Positions 11,947 through 22,872 of a DNA stretch of 64,000 nt are shown here, in pieces (position 1 is the stretch's first letter; each line of letters begins with the position of its first letter). The position numbers and the translations under genes are program-made. The notes under the pieces are model-generated. The model was not told where the DNA came from. It did not search any database and worked only from the letters and a program-made list of their open reading frames with translations. The DNA comes from an uncultured delta proteobacterium (lineage in GTDB: Bacteria; Desulfobacterota; Desulfobacteria; Desulfobacterales; JAHEIW01). The stretch is taken from positions 160,001 through 224,000 of the forward strand of contig CAVPNL010000012.1 of assembly GCA_963706575.1 (NCBI GenBank). Reading direction: 5' to 3'.

Positions 11947-12888
11947 TTAAATAAACAGATCAACCACTTCACGGATCATGTTATCTTTGTAATCCGATGA
12001 TGCTTTGACCGATTGGATGAAATCTATCGCCTCCGGCGTACCCAGGTCTCCGATAGCCTTTAATGCCATGGTTTTTTCGATATTTTCCTTGGTGTTATAA
12101 AGTTCCTTCAAATAATCAAACTGATCAACAGCACCTAAAACACCCAACGAGCAGGTTGCACAAACTCTCACCATGCTGTCTTGGTGATGGGTCAAAGCAA
12201 CCAAAGGCTCAATCGCTGCCGGATTATTGGTGTATCCCAACTCAAGAACTTTTAAAAAAGAAAACTCGTCAAACTGATTGTTTATATCATCTACCAATGA
12301 TTTGATTTTATCATCAGAGGCTTGTAAGCCAGAATAATAGCGGTTAATTTTTGAAGCGATTTCCTTAACCATCAAAGAAACAGGCACATTGTAACAGGGA
12401 TCTTCTACTTCTCTAAATGCCCAAACTGGAACTTTTCCTCTTTTAAAATAAAATACAACGCGATGCGAATCACCATTTTGTTTCAGTTCCCCCGCAAAAG
12501 TGGTAAATGTCCAGTAGGGGGAAAAACCTGATGTGCGAAGATTCCGAATTCGATATTTATCTACATCTAACACTAATCCTCCATCAGCATCGCTGGAATA
12601 ATGAAGGTTTATGCCCCGAGAAATTAGGGCCGCTTCAAGATTTGTTCCCAGAAAGAAAATTTCATTTTCCATATTTACCAGAACAACGGGCAATGTGCCT
12701 GTAGATAATTTTTTATCTTCCCCACTTCGTTGATCATTAATCCGTAGATTTAATTTTTCTTGAGATCCCTGGGAGTAAACCACGGAAGACGGCGACGGTT
12801 CCTTGATATAAAATGTTTTAGTACATCCGAAAGCAGTAACCAAGGCCAAAAAAATCCCCAAGTAGCTTAAATGCTTAAATTTAATCAT
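11947..12888 (-). CDS. lipoprotein with C-terminal HEAT repeats
   Basis: Lipobox AFGC; AIEPLVALT, VRVCATCSLG and ALKAIGDLG repeats. Confidence 0.75.
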   Translation of the reverse strand: MIKFKHLSYLGIFLALVTAFGCTKTFYIKEPSPSSVVYSQGSQEKLNLRINDQRSGEDKKLSTGTLPVVLVNMENEIFFLGTNLEAALISRGINLHYSSDADGGLVLDVDKYRIRNLRTSGFSPYWTFTTFAGELKQNGDSHRVVFYFKRGKVPVWAFREVEDPCYNVPVSLMVKEIASKINRYYSGLQASDDKIKSLVDDINNQFDEFSFLKVLELGYTNNPAAIEPLVALTHHQDSMVRVCATCSLGVLGAVDQFDYLKELYNTKENIEKTMALKAIGDLGTPEAIDFIQSVKASSDYKDNMIREVVDLFI

Positions 12889-13032
12889 AATGCCCTCCTT
12901 TCATTTGCCAAAGTTCAAAAGCGCCAATGGGGGGTGCGAACATCTGGGCATGATAATACCCCCCCTAATCGGTTCCCAAGAATTTTGTCTGATGCATACC
13001 CTAAAAAATCACGCACCCTGTTAAAAAAAATA

Positions 13033-14580
13033 TTAGAGGTGTGAAAGCCAAAATCCATGCAAACCAAGAGGCATGGAATGGTTGAGATAAGCTTCCGCAA
13101 CAGGGCCTTCAGAAACGTGATTGGCGCTAAAAATGGCCAATAATGTTTTCTGTTTGCCACTGTTGTAGACTTCGGTCAGTAACCAGCCTGGTTCAGCAGA
13201 AGCATCCGGAGGATAGATGTGGTTCGGTTTCGGAACAAAAACCGGTTCGCTGCAGAATACCCCTTTCCCAAAATTATAACTTTCCGACTTTAATGATTCC
13301 ATGTCGATTCTTGCAATTTCGGTAAAAAAAACCTGATCTTTATGCCGTTTCGCAAAATATCCTAAACGGTGTTTATGACAAACAAATTGAGGATTGACAA
13401 ACGGAAATTCATAGTCGCCTTTATCCAGAATTTCTAGCCGAATGTTTTTCTTTGCAGTATGAATCACATATCTTCGAATTTCACCCGGATAGTTGTATTG
13501 GCCTCTGTGACCCTCCATGATTGCGCAAAGAGCGGGATCCACTCCCAAGATATGATCCGGATTCTGATAGCCGATGTAATCTGCTATAATTTCATCACCC
13601 GCTTCATATGCATTTAAAACATGCCACATCCAACACGCATCTGCACCCAATTGAAAGGGCGCTTTTTCGCCCAATCTATCGAAAACCAGGATGAGGTTGC
13701 CGATTCCGGGTTTCCAACGCATTGTGCCCAGAAAACTCTTCTGGCCTGAGAGGTATTCAAAAAAATTTATATCCATGGATGGCAGATTAAAGATAATATG
13801 TCGGTTGGTTACAAAGAAATCGTGCATATAGACTGCACGAGGTAATTTGAATTTTTGATGTCTTTTTAGCTGACCATTTTTCTTAAAAATCGTAATATGC
13901 AATATTACCTTCATTCCAAATTCAAGACCAAAAAAGAGCCATTCTCCGGTCCTACCGTCAATTTTAGAGTGAGAATATAATATCGTTGTGTTATGCGGCA
14001 TACCCAAACTGGTTTTCCCCTTTGTGCTTAACGTGGCGGCGTCTAATTCGTAGGCAGGCATAGCATCATCAAAGGCATACAGTTTGCCATTTCGCGCTAC
14101 TGCTCTTACCCCGGCCTGGCTTTTAGGACTGCCCCCCAAGAAGTTTCCCAAAACCCCACCGGGTGCCTGGGTCGTCCAGGTTGGATATATAAACCTGCCG
14201 GCCTGAGATTCCTCGACATATTTTGCGGTTCGCACAAATTTGTTTTGAAAGTAAACTTTACCATCGGCGATTCGAAATGCCTGAATCATGCCGTCACCAT
14301 CTAATAGACAGCGTTTGCGGTATCCGGCCCTTTCGAAAAGTCCAGGGCCGTTTCGGTAAAGCGTGCCTCGCAATTCTGAAGGAATTCTACCCTCAACAAC
14401 AGCTTCATAATTATATTCGTTCGTAACGGAAGTTGCTAAAGCTAAGGCGGGAAACTGTTTATAATCCTGATTTCGAAAATCAGGTGATTTTAGGGGAAGA
14501 TTAGATGCCGCACACCCGGATAACATAGCGGCGCTGACACAGCCGCCGGTTAAAGTAAAAAACTCTCTGCGAGTAAGCAT
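13033..14580 (-). CDS. carotenoid oxygenase (RPE65/CCO) family protein, Tat lipoprotein
   Basis: GTLYRNGPG, DGDGMI, SHSKID, YMHDF, WHVLNAYE and GLHGFW motifs. TRREFF twin-arginine signal plus LSGC lipobox. Confidence 0.9.
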   Translation of the reverse strand: MLTRREFFTLTGGCVSAAMLSGCAASNLPLKSPDFRNQDYKQFPALALATSVTNEYNYEAVVEGRIPSELRGTLYRNGPGLFERAGYRKRCLLDGDGMIQAFRIADGKVYFQNKFVRTAKYVEESQAGRFIYPTWTTQAPGGVLGNFLGGSPKSQAGVRAVARNGKLYAFDDAMPAYELDAATLSTKGKTSLGMPHNTTILYSHSKIDGRTGEWLFFGLEFGMKVILHITIFKKNGQLKRHQKFKLPRAVYMHDFFVTNRHIIFNLPSMDINFFEYLSGQKSFLGTMRWKPGIGNLILVFDRLGEKAPFQLGADACWMWHVLNAYEAGDEIIADYIGYQNPDHILGVDPALCAIMEGHRGQYNYPGEIRRYVIHTAKKNIRLEILDKGDYEFPFVNPQFVCHKHRLGYFAKRHKDQVFFTEIARIDMESLKSESYNFGKGVFCSEPVFVPKPNHIYPPDASAEPGWLLTEVYNSGKQKTLLAIFSANHVSEGPVAEAYLNHSMPLGLHGFWLSHL

Positions 14581-14735
14581 AGATCTACCTGCATCTCATT
14601 ATTGCCGTAATTTATATTAATTAAAAACATCCAATCGCTATCGAATTTTCATTTTTCAGTGAATTAAAAATATGAATATCTTAAATTGCCTTAATTTGCT
14701 GGACAACAATTGCCAGCTGACTTATTAATTAAAAT

Positions 14736-15587
14736 ATGAATTCATATAGAACATATCCCAAAATTTGGCAAATGGGTTTAAAATACCTGTTAATCTTTAT
14801 GGCATTGTCTGCATTCGGTTGCAACGGGACCCGATTCATATTTAAAGGCAGCGATGATATAATTTCAACACCTGATAAGGTTGGTCTTGTTTATGAAGAC
14901 GTCTGGTTCACCACTCAAGACGATATAAAGCTTCATGCATGGTTGGTACCGGGAGAACCGAATAAGCCAATTGTGGTTTTTTTCCACGGCAATGCGGCGA
15001 ATATCTCACACCGTGTGGACATTCTCCAATATTTTAACGAAATGGGTTTCTCGGTATTTATTTTCGATTACAGAGGGTTCGGAAAAAGCAATGGCCAAGC
15101 GAATTCCGAAGAAGATCTATACATAGACTCGAGAGGCGCTCTGAATTATTTAAAATCCAGAGGTTGGTCAGCATCCCGCATGATTTATTACGGCCGTTCA
15201 ATGGGCGCTGCCGCTTCCCTTCAGATGGGGCTCGAATTTCCACCGGCTGTGGTGGTTATGGAGGCCCCTTTTACTTCTATGTCAGAGATTGCCTGGCACA
15301 CGGCACCTATCACCTATGCATTGATCGGCTGGTGGTCAATTCGTGCCCGATTTGATAATATTAATAAAATTGAAAAGCTTACAACACCTGTGGTTTTTTT
15401 TCAGGGAGACAAGGACCATATTGTTCCCGTGGATATGGCCCAGCGCCTTTATGCGCGCGCAAATGAGCCCAAGGCATTTTATTTGATTCCTGAAGGCGGG
15501 CATAGTAATCTTTACCAGGTCGGCGGTGAAAAATATCGCGAAATCTGGTTGAAATTAGCCGGTCATCATCTACCCATGAGAGGTTGA
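14736..15587 (+). CDS. alpha/beta hydrolase (ABHD-like), probable lipoprotein
   Basis: FHGNA, DYRGFGKS, GRSMG nucleophile, QGDKD, GGH. Confidence 0.9.
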   Translation: MNSYRTYPKIWQMGLKYLLIFMALSAFGCNGTRFIFKGSDDIISTPDKVGLVYEDVWFTTQDDIKLHAWLVPGEPNKPIVVFFHGNAANISHRVDILQYFNEMGFSVFIFDYRGFGKSNGQANSEEDLYIDSRGALNYLKSRGWSASRMIYYGRSMGAAASLQMGLEFPPAVVVMEAPFTSMSEIAWHTAPITYALIGWWSIRARFDNINKIEKLTTPVVFFQGDKDHIVPVDMAQRLYARANEPKAFYLIPEGGHSNLYQVGGEKYREIWLKLAGHHLPMRG

Positions 15588-15754
15588 ACCCCTTTTACAG
15601 ATACCTAAATTCAGACACCTTTTAAATTTTTAAACATACGTATGATGCCTTAAACCAAAGCAGACCGATCTTTGAGTTTTGACAGAAACTTTGATGGTTT
15701 TAATAATTGATACCAGCCTTCCAAGGAGGATTTTATCGAAGAAAAACGTAACTA

Positions 15755-15783
15755 TTGAAAATTTGGTCTGAGTGTTTTACAAT
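15755..15783 (+). promoter_or_regulatory. sigma70-like promoter
   Basis: TTGAAA-N17-TACAAT upstream of the PPIase gene. Confidence 0.5.
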
Positions 15784-15942
15784 AAAGGTTGGTTTAAACC
15801 TCATAATTCAGGGGTATTTGAAACTGAAGTGATCCGCAAAATCCAGAGTTAAATTTTTTTAAATAAAAACTTTTAATTTACTTAAAAGAAAGGGCTCTTT
15901 GGGGTCCTTTTTTTTTGACTTTAATTTAAAGGAGACCATTAA

Positions 15943-16926
15943 ATGAATTTTTCCCAGATCAGGCCGGTGATAAAATCACTTACGGTGTTGACCCTAATAC
16001 TGCTGTCAGCTTTGGCTTGGGCCGCAGAAACAAAAGCGCCCGGGGATAAGGTCGCCGTGGTCAACGGTGTTACGATCAGCAAAGATACGTATGACCGCGA
16101 ACTGGATTTTTTCGTCAGGCGGGCTGCGCCGGGTGGACAACAGATTCCCGATGTGCAAATGGCTCAGATGAAAAATGATGTGCTGGAAAGTCTTATTGAC
16201 CGCGAATTGCTCTTCCAGGAAAGCAAAAAAAAGGGGGTTCAGGTAAAATCTGAAGCTGTCTCAGATCAACTTCAGAAGATCCAACAAAGATATCCGAACA
16301 AAGAAGAATTTAATAAGCTGCTGAGCAATATGGGGCTCACCGAATCAGACGTACAAGCGCAGATAGAGCGCGGTATGGCCATCCAGGAACTCATTGACAA
16401 AGAAGTCACCGAAAAAATCAAGGTCAGCGATGAAGAAACCAAGTCCTTTTACGATAAGAATCCACAGCTTTTCCAGCAACCCGAGCAGGTAAAAGCCAGC
16501 CACATCTTAATCAAAGTAAAGAGTGATGCGCCTGATGACCAGAAGGCCGAAGCCCACAAAAAGATTGAAGCCGTTCAGCAAAAAGTGCAGAAAGGAGAGG
16601 ATTTTGCGACCCTCGCCAAAACCTATTCCGAGGGGCCCAGCGGCCCGAGAGGAGGAGACCTGGGCTACTTCAAGCGCGGCCAGATGGTCAAGCCTTTTGA
16701 AGAAGCGGCTTTTAGCTTAAAACCGAACGAGACCAGCGAAATCGTTGAAACTCAATTCGGGTACCACCTGATCAAAGTCAATGACATAAAGCCCGCAAAA
16801 AAGATGACCTATGCAGAGGTCAAAGATCGCCTTAACGAACACCTGAAGAAGCAGAAGACGGATTCAGAAACCAACGCTTACATTGAAACGCTTCGCAAAG
16901 ACGCAAAAATAGAAAAATTTATATAA
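15943..16926 (+). CDS. PpiC/SurA-type peptidyl-prolyl isomerase
   Basis: Signal peptide, VKASHILI, GGDLGYF, ETQFGYHLIK. Confidence 0.93.
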   Translation: MNFSQIRPVIKSLTVLTLILLSALAWAAETKAPGDKVAVVNGVTISKDTYDRELDFFVRRAAPGGQQIPDVQMAQMKNDVLESLIDRELLFQESKKKGVQVKSEAVSDQLQKIQQRYPNKEEFNKLLSNMGLTESDVQAQIERGMAIQELIDKEVTEKIKVSDEETKSFYDKNPQLFQQPEQVKASHILIKVKSDAPDDQKAEAHKKIEAVQQKVQKGEDFATLAKTYSEGPSGPRGGDLGYFKRGQMVKPFEEAAFSLKPNETSEIVETQFGYHLIKVNDIKPAKKMTYAEVKDRLNEHLKKQKTDSETNAYIETLRKDAKIEKFI

Positions 16927-16929
16927 TCC

Positions 16930-17100
16930 TTGATAATCTCGTAAAAAGTCAGAAAAGCAAGCCTTTTACGAGTGTGTTTTGTATTTGGTGTTTAGTGTTT
17001 AGTATTCTAACATGCCGATATAGCATCACCTATTTCATACCAAACACCAAACACGAAACACCAAACACTTGACGAATTCGACTTTTTACGAGTTCATCAA
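16930..17100. repeat. MITE-like palindromic element with internal heptamer arrays
   Basis: TTGATAATCTCGTAAAAAGTC and GACTTTTTACGAGTTCATCAA inverted repeats, with inner TGTTTAG/CCAAACA repeats. Confidence 0.75.
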
Positions 17101-17122
17101 CCTTTATTCAAAAAGGAGATGC

Positions 17123-17809
17123 ATGATGGCCATCAAAATAACCTGGTACAGTCACGCCTGTTTTCTAATCGAAACCGATCAAACCCGTTTGCTTACCGAC
17201 CCCTTCCTGACTGACAATCCGCTGGCACCCGTCAAGGCCGATGAGATTCAAACGGATTACATCCTGGTATCTCACGGACATGGTGATCATGTGGGAGACA
17301 CCGTAAGCATCGCCAATCGAACCCAGGCCACCGTTATCTCAAATTATGAAATCCAGACCTGGCTGGCAAACCAGGGAGTCGAAAATACGCATCCGCAGCA
17401 CATCGGCGGCGGCTTCGATTATCCCTGGGGAAGGGTCAAGCTGACCATCGCCCAGCACGGATCGGCGCTGCCGGACGGATCCTACGGTGGTAACCCCTGC
17501 GGGTTTTTGTTCTATATCGAAGGCAAAAAAATCTATCACGCCTGTGATACGGGTCTTTTCTATGACATGAAACTGATCGGTGAGGAAGGGATTGATCTGG
17601 CGATTTTACCCATCGGTGACAACTTCACCATGGGCCCCGAAGATGCCCTGCGGGCAGTCAAACTGATCGAACCCGCCCAGGTAATTCCGATTCACTACAA
17701 CACGTTTGACGTCATCAAACAGGATCCTAACGCCTGGGCCGAGCAGGTACAAAAGGAAACCGCCGCCAAAGCAACTGTAATGAACCCCGGGGAATCGCTG
17801 GAATTATAA
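17123..17809 (+). CDS. UPF0173-type metal-dependent hydrolase (MBL fold)
   Basis: SHGHGDH, PIGDNFTMG and PIHYNTF motifs. The RBS AAGGAG sits before ATG 17123. Confidence 0.9.
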   Translation: MMAIKITWYSHACFLIETDQTRLLTDPFLTDNPLAPVKADEIQTDYILVSHGHGDHVGDTVSIANRTQATVISNYEIQTWLANQGVENTHPQHIGGGFDYPWGRVKLTIAQHGSALPDGSYGGNPCGFLFYIEGKKIYHACDTGLFYDMKLIGEEGIDLAILPIGDNFTMGPEDALRAVKLIEPAQVIPIHYNTFDVIKQDPNAWAEQVQKETAAKATVMNPGESLEL

Positions 17810-17831
17810 ATCCCCTTAAATCCGAAAAAAG

Positions 17832-17879
17832 AAATGGGCCATTTTCCGGTTGATCAAACCCGAAACGGCCCATTTTTGT
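17832..17879 (+). terminator. intrinsic terminator
   Basis: AAATGGGCC...GGCCCATTT stem followed by a T-rich tail after the stop. Confidence 0.55.
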
Positions 17880-17960
17880 TATCTAATTCATTTTCAATTT
17901 AGAAATTTCTTGTTAAAGTATATTCAAATTTTATGCGGTATCCTTATTTGAGGAAGGAGA

Positions 17961-19190
17961 ATGAAATTGAAGATTGGAATTGGATATTCAAATGTTCAGG
18001 ACTCATTTAGGTTAGGCAAAAACGTTGCTGAAAATGCAATAAAAAACGGGAACATCGATGCGCCCGTTATGGTCATCACCTTTTGTGGTGGCCGGGTTGA
18101 TCATGATGCGTTTTTTAAAGGACTTCAGACGCTGGTCGGGAACAAAGTGCCCATAATCGGCGGTTCTGCCATTGGCATCATCACGAATGAACACCTTTCA
18201 TATGATGGTTTTCCGGCCGGTGCTGCCATCATCGAATCGGATACATTGCAGCATATTGAGGGTTCAGCAAATAATTTGCATAAAAATGAAAAGCTGGCCG
18301 GTCAGCGATTGGCCGAGAAGTTGTCAAACACCATCGATGGCAAATTATTGTTGATGTTTTATGATTCAATCAAAAATGCGCCCACAGAGAATTCCCCGCC
18401 CGAAATTAATGCCTCGCCGCCTTTAATTGAAGGCATTGAAGAAAAGCTTAAACTGAGGGTGCCGATTATAGGGGCCGGCCTGGTCGGGGATTATGAGTTT
18501 AACGCTACGAAACAATTTTGCGGCTCTTCTGTTGAAAGCCAGTGCGTTGTTGGATCATTGCTGGCAGGAAATTTTAAACCGTATTTTTCCATTATGCATG
18601 GTTGTGTACCCAAAGATGGAATCTATCATACGATTACCAGAGCGGAAGGGCCGGTTATTTATGAGGTAGATGGAAAACCGGTGATCGCTGTGATTGATGA
18701 GCAGTATGGCAGCAATGAGTGGCGTACCCAGCTACCGGTCAGACGCCTGACCATCGGCGTAAACTATGGGGGAAAATATGAAGAATTCAGGGAAAATAAA
18801 TTTGTAAACAGACTGATTGCGGGTGTTTTACCCGATCGGGAGGGCATTTTACTTTTTGAACCCGATCTGGCAGAAGGTAGCGAAATTCTCTTCATGTTGC
18901 GAAACAACAAAATGATGATGGAATCCGTACAAAAAAATTCAACGGAACTATTTGAAAAAATAATTACAAAAGGAGAAAAACCTGTTTTTGGGCTATATAT
19001 TGATTGCGCCGGTCGGACGGCAATCATATCAGAGACTTTAACCGAGGAGGCATCAGAGGTTCAGAATATATTTAACCGTTACAACGTTCCGTTGCTTGGA
19101 TTTTATTCTGGAGTTGAGGTGGCACCCTTGCTGGGAAGAAGTCGTGGCCTTGATTGGACGGGCGTTTTATTGGTCCTGGCAGAAAATTAG
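17961..19190 (+). CDS. FIST domain sensor protein
   Basis: PIIGGSAIG, DCAGR, GFYSGVE. Confidence 0.85.
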   Translation: MKLKIGIGYSNVQDSFRLGKNVAENAIKNGNIDAPVMVITFCGGRVDHDAFFKGLQTLVGNKVPIIGGSAIGIITNEHLSYDGFPAGAAIIESDTLQHIEGSANNLHKNEKLAGQRLAEKLSNTIDGKLLLMFYDSIKNAPTENSPPEINASPPLIEGIEEKLKLRVPIIGAGLVGDYEFNATKQFCGSSVESQCVVGSLLAGNFKPYFSIMHGCVPKDGIYHTITRAEGPVIYEVDGKPVIAVIDEQYGSNEWRTQLPVRRLTIGVNYGGKYEEFRENKFVNRLIAGVLPDREGILLFEPDLAEGSEILFMLRNNKMMMESVQKNSTELFEKIITKGEKPVFGLYIDCAGRTAIISETLTEEASEVQNIFNRYNVPLLGFYSGVEVAPLLGRSRGLDWTGVLLVLAEN

Positions 19191-19217
19191 AGCCCAAAAC
19201 AATTATTAGAGTGACAT

Positions 19218-20891
19218 ATGGAAACGGAATTAGAAAAGGCAAGAAAAGAAATTGAGTACTATAAAAAAATCGCAGAGAGAACCGGCAATCTTTATCTAAG
19301 AGAGACCGAAGAATTATCGAAAATAATTACCCGGCTCAAGCAGACTGAGACATCCTTAACGAAAAGCGAGCAGAAGCTTCGCAATATTATCGAACACAGC
19401 AATGAATTGTTTTATTTGCACGACACAGATCATAATTTAACCTATGTAAGTCCGCAATGTACAGATCTTTTTGGGTACACACCTGATGAGATGAAAGTTA
19501 AATGGATGCAACTGATGACCAGCAATCCGGTCAATCAGGCTGGATTTGAAACTACCCAAAAGGCAATTCAAACCGGAGAAAAGCAGAAACCCTATATGCT
19601 TGAAGGCCGCAGAAAAGACGGAAAAAATATTTTATTAGAAATCGAAGAATCCCCAATCCTAGATCAAAATGGGAAGACGGTATTAATAGCCGGTGCCGCC
19701 AGAGACATTACCGACCGTAAGCGCGCTGAGGAAGAAAACGAAAAACTGGAAGCCCAGCTGCGTCAATCTCAAAAAATGGAGGCCATCGGCACGATGGCCG
19801 GCGGCATTGCGCATGATTTTAATAATATATTATCCATTATTTTAGGCAATACGGAACTGGCAATCCGGGATGTTCCCGAATGGCACCCGGTCAAAGAAAG
19901 CCTCGATGAGGTGCGCCAAGCATGTCTGCGGGCCAAGGATGTCGTGCGCCAGCTTTTGAGTTTCGGCCGCAAATCCGAGATGCAGCTGAGACCTATAGAC
20001 ATCAGTGTTATTCTCAGGGAGTCTCTCAAGCTGATTCGTTCAACATTGCCGAGCAATATCGAAATTCGACAGGATTTTGATGAAGGCATCTGGACCATTT
20101 TGGGAGATCCGACACAGATCAACCAGATATTGATCAATTTGAGCACCAATGGGTCAGATGCCATCGGGAGTGCAGGGGGAATTCTGAGCGTGTCGCTGGA
20201 AAATGTTGAAATTGCCCGCCAGGATCCGGAACTGAATCTGGAGCCGGGTCGCTATGTAAAGATGTCGATCAGCGACACGGGGGTCGGAATTACGGCGGAA
20301 GATATGGAACGAATTTTCGATCCCTATTATACCACCAAGAAAGTCGGCAGGGGCACCGGTATGGGCCTGGCGGTAGTACATGGCATCGTGGAAACTCACA
20401 ATGGACGTATTAACGTAAACAGCACACCCGGAAAGGGTACTGCTTTTGAGATATTTTTCCGTTCCATTGATGCAGCGCCGGTGGTTGAGGTGCCGGCGAA
20501 TAATAGCCTGCCCCATGGCGGGGAAACAATCCTTTTTGTCGATGATGAAAAATCTATTGTAAAATTAAACAAAGCCCGACTGGAACGACTCGGGTATCAA
20601 GTCATCGGCACAGCCGACCCGCTTGAAGCGATCGATTTATTCCGTCACAAGTCAAATCAGTTTGATCTGGTCATTACCGATATGACAATGCCGAATATGA
20701 TGGGGGATGAATTGGCAGCAGAAATGATGAAAATTCGGCCGGACATTCCGATCATTCTATGCACCGGATTCAGCGGACGCATATCGGAAGAACAGGCCTT
20801 GGAAAAGGGCATCCGGGCATTTGTCATGAAACCGCTTGAAACAAAGGATTTAGCTGAAACCGTTCGCAAGGTACTGGATGCCGTTTTTTGA
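19218..20891 (+). CDS. PAS hybrid histidine kinase with receiver domain
   Basis: AHDFNN H-box, GTGMGL, VDDE and ITDMTMP motifs. Confidence 0.93.
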   Translation: METELEKARKEIEYYKKIAERTGNLYLRETEELSKIITRLKQTETSLTKSEQKLRNIIEHSNELFYLHDTDHNLTYVSPQCTDLFGYTPDEMKVKWMQLMTSNPVNQAGFETTQKAIQTGEKQKPYMLEGRRKDGKNILLEIEESPILDQNGKTVLIAGAARDITDRKRAEEENEKLEAQLRQSQKMEAIGTMAGGIAHDFNNILSIILGNTELAIRDVPEWHPVKESLDEVRQACLRAKDVVRQLLSFGRKSEMQLRPIDISVILRESLKLIRSTLPSNIEIRQDFDEGIWTILGDPTQINQILINLSTNGSDAIGSAGGILSVSLENVEIARQDPELNLEPGRYVKMSISDTGVGITAEDMERIFDPYYTTKKVGRGTGMGLAVVHGIVETHNGRINVNSTPGKGTAFEIFFRSIDAAPVVEVPANNSLPHGGETILFVDDEKSIVKLNKARLERLGYQVIGTADPLEAIDLFRHKSNQFDLVITDMTMPNMMGDELAAEMMKIRPDIPIILCTGFSGRISEEQALEKGIRAFVMKPLETKDLAETVRKVLDAVF

Positions 20892-20902
20892 AAACCGAAC
20901 AC

Positions 20903-22832
20903 TTAGGGATTAGAGCATGTCCAGTTAAGCGCCTTGCATACGTAATCATCGGGCATCGTCAGTATCAGCCAGCGTCTTTGCAGCAGCACATCCGTAAAAC
21001 TGATAGACGGGATATTTTCAGCGTGTCCGGCAAACCGGTCCTGCCACGCCTCAGTTTCAGCATTTGACCCGGCAACATCAATTAAAATTCCATCCAACTC
21101 GGTCAGTTGTAATAGATCGGTCATTTCCGGAAACCGATTTTTCTGCCACCACAACACCTGGCGCTCCATATCACGATTGAATCTCGGTTCGGCGTTCCGC
21201 GAAACCAGCGTAAACAAGACAGCTCGATTGCCTTGGCGCGCAAAGAGGTAGCGCAAATCCTGATCCAGAAAATGGGGGCGCTGCAGTTTGGCGGCCGACA
21301 GAAGCGATGGGGTATCCGGCACCTGTTTGGGTTCCAGGAACACAATCTCAAAGGGCGTGAACGGATTGGCTGCGGATAAAACCTTTATCGCCGGTTTGAT
21401 AAAGTCCGGATCGGGCAGACCGGGATGGACAAAAATCTGATAGGGCTGCGTCAGCCGTTTTGCCAGTAACGCCAGCTCAGAAAGCGGCCGCTACGGAATT
21501 CAGCTGGAGCTTGGCGATAAACCGCTCATTGCCGATTTTGACGGCGATATCTTGCGGAATTGCACCCGACTGTTTTTTGCCAAATGTCCAGGAAACATCC
21601 AGATCCGGCATGGGAAAAATAACAACATCAAAGCGGACTTCGGCATGATCAAAGGCCAGAAGCATATCATCGGCTGAAAACGTCGCGTTTTCGATCAGCG
21701 TATACGGTGGCGATTTGTCAAACCGCAAACCCAGTTCATGACTGTTTAAACGAAAATCGGTACCCGGCAGAACCGACAGCGGAAAAACCTGAACGTCATC
21801 CGTCAGATAGTTTTCAGCCAGAAATTGGACGGAACGGCTAAATCCCTGCAGGTCATCGCCGGGCAGCCCCACAATCAAATCAATTGCAGGTACGATGCCT
21901 CTTTGTTTTAGACGCTTTGCGCCCTGTGCAAATCGCTTTATGTCGGTCGGCCGGTTCATGATCTTGAGTGCACGGGGGTTGGTACTTTGCAGGCCGATTT
22001 CAAACCAGGAAAATCCCGCGGCTGCCAACAGATCGGCCAATTTTTCATCGATGGCTTCTGCCCGAATCTCACTGATAATTTTAAGATGCCGGTTTTTGTT
22101 TATCTTGCTGATTTTTCTTAATAGATCTTCAAGTCCGGGATGCGCATTAAGGGAAGGATCCAGCAGGTACAGCTCTTTGACCCGCTGATCGAGTGCCCAT
22201 TGAACGCCTTGCAGCAAATGGCCTTCATCGGCAAAGGAAAGACCGTCATGGGATTTATTATAGTAGCAGTATCCGCAGCGGTAAGGGCATCCCCGCTGGG
22301 TTTCGAGAAGCATCACATTTTCGATCTCGGGCTCCAGCAAATTCTGCAAATAGGGGCTCGGGCTTTTATTGAATAGCGCCCCGGCTGCTTCCATCGAACT
22401 TCCTTTTTCCCAGGTTGTTGGATCCTCAAGGAGTTTAAGAAAAATGGCTTCGCCTTCGCCATAGACATAAAAATCGACCGCCTCCGAAAGCATCGAAAGG
22501 TTGTCCGGGGTGATTTCAGATCCGCCAAAGATAATGCGCGGCGCATAGTGCGCTTTTAATTTTTCTGCGAAATAAAGTGAGCGTACCAGATTCCAGCAGT
22601 AAACCGTAAAACCCACGATATGCGGCTTACGGTCAAGGAGAATTTCCATTAAAGCGGCATCGCCAAGATAGGAAGCAACACTTTCCGGTAAAATTTCAAC
22701 CTGCACCTCAGGCAGGATAGCGGCAGTCTGTTTGAGGCAAGCTGCGCCCAGAGGAATATTGCCGGTCTGCACCCCGTAGTTCAAACGGGGTACCGGAAGC
22801 TGGAGTAATAAGACACGGGGTTTTAAAACCAT
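20903..22832 (-). CDS. B12-binding radical SAM protein (frameshift near 21493)
   Basis: RGCPYRCGYC motif. After a 1-nt shift the frame RPLSELALLAKRLTQPYQIF joins the 20903-21343 ORF. Confidence 0.85.
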
Positions 22833-22872
22833 TTTTTTCTCCCCGGACCGGGGAGCGGATAAACTAGATCCC

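Noticed and set aside
16980..17070. Short tandem repeats here and at 32715-32755 as a CRISPR array
   Set aside because: Units are 7-9 bp with no unique 30-40-bp spacers, and there are no cas genes.
21477..21500. TGA in the radical SAM gene as selenocysteine
   Set aside because: The protein continues in a different frame, so this is a frameshift and not readthrough.
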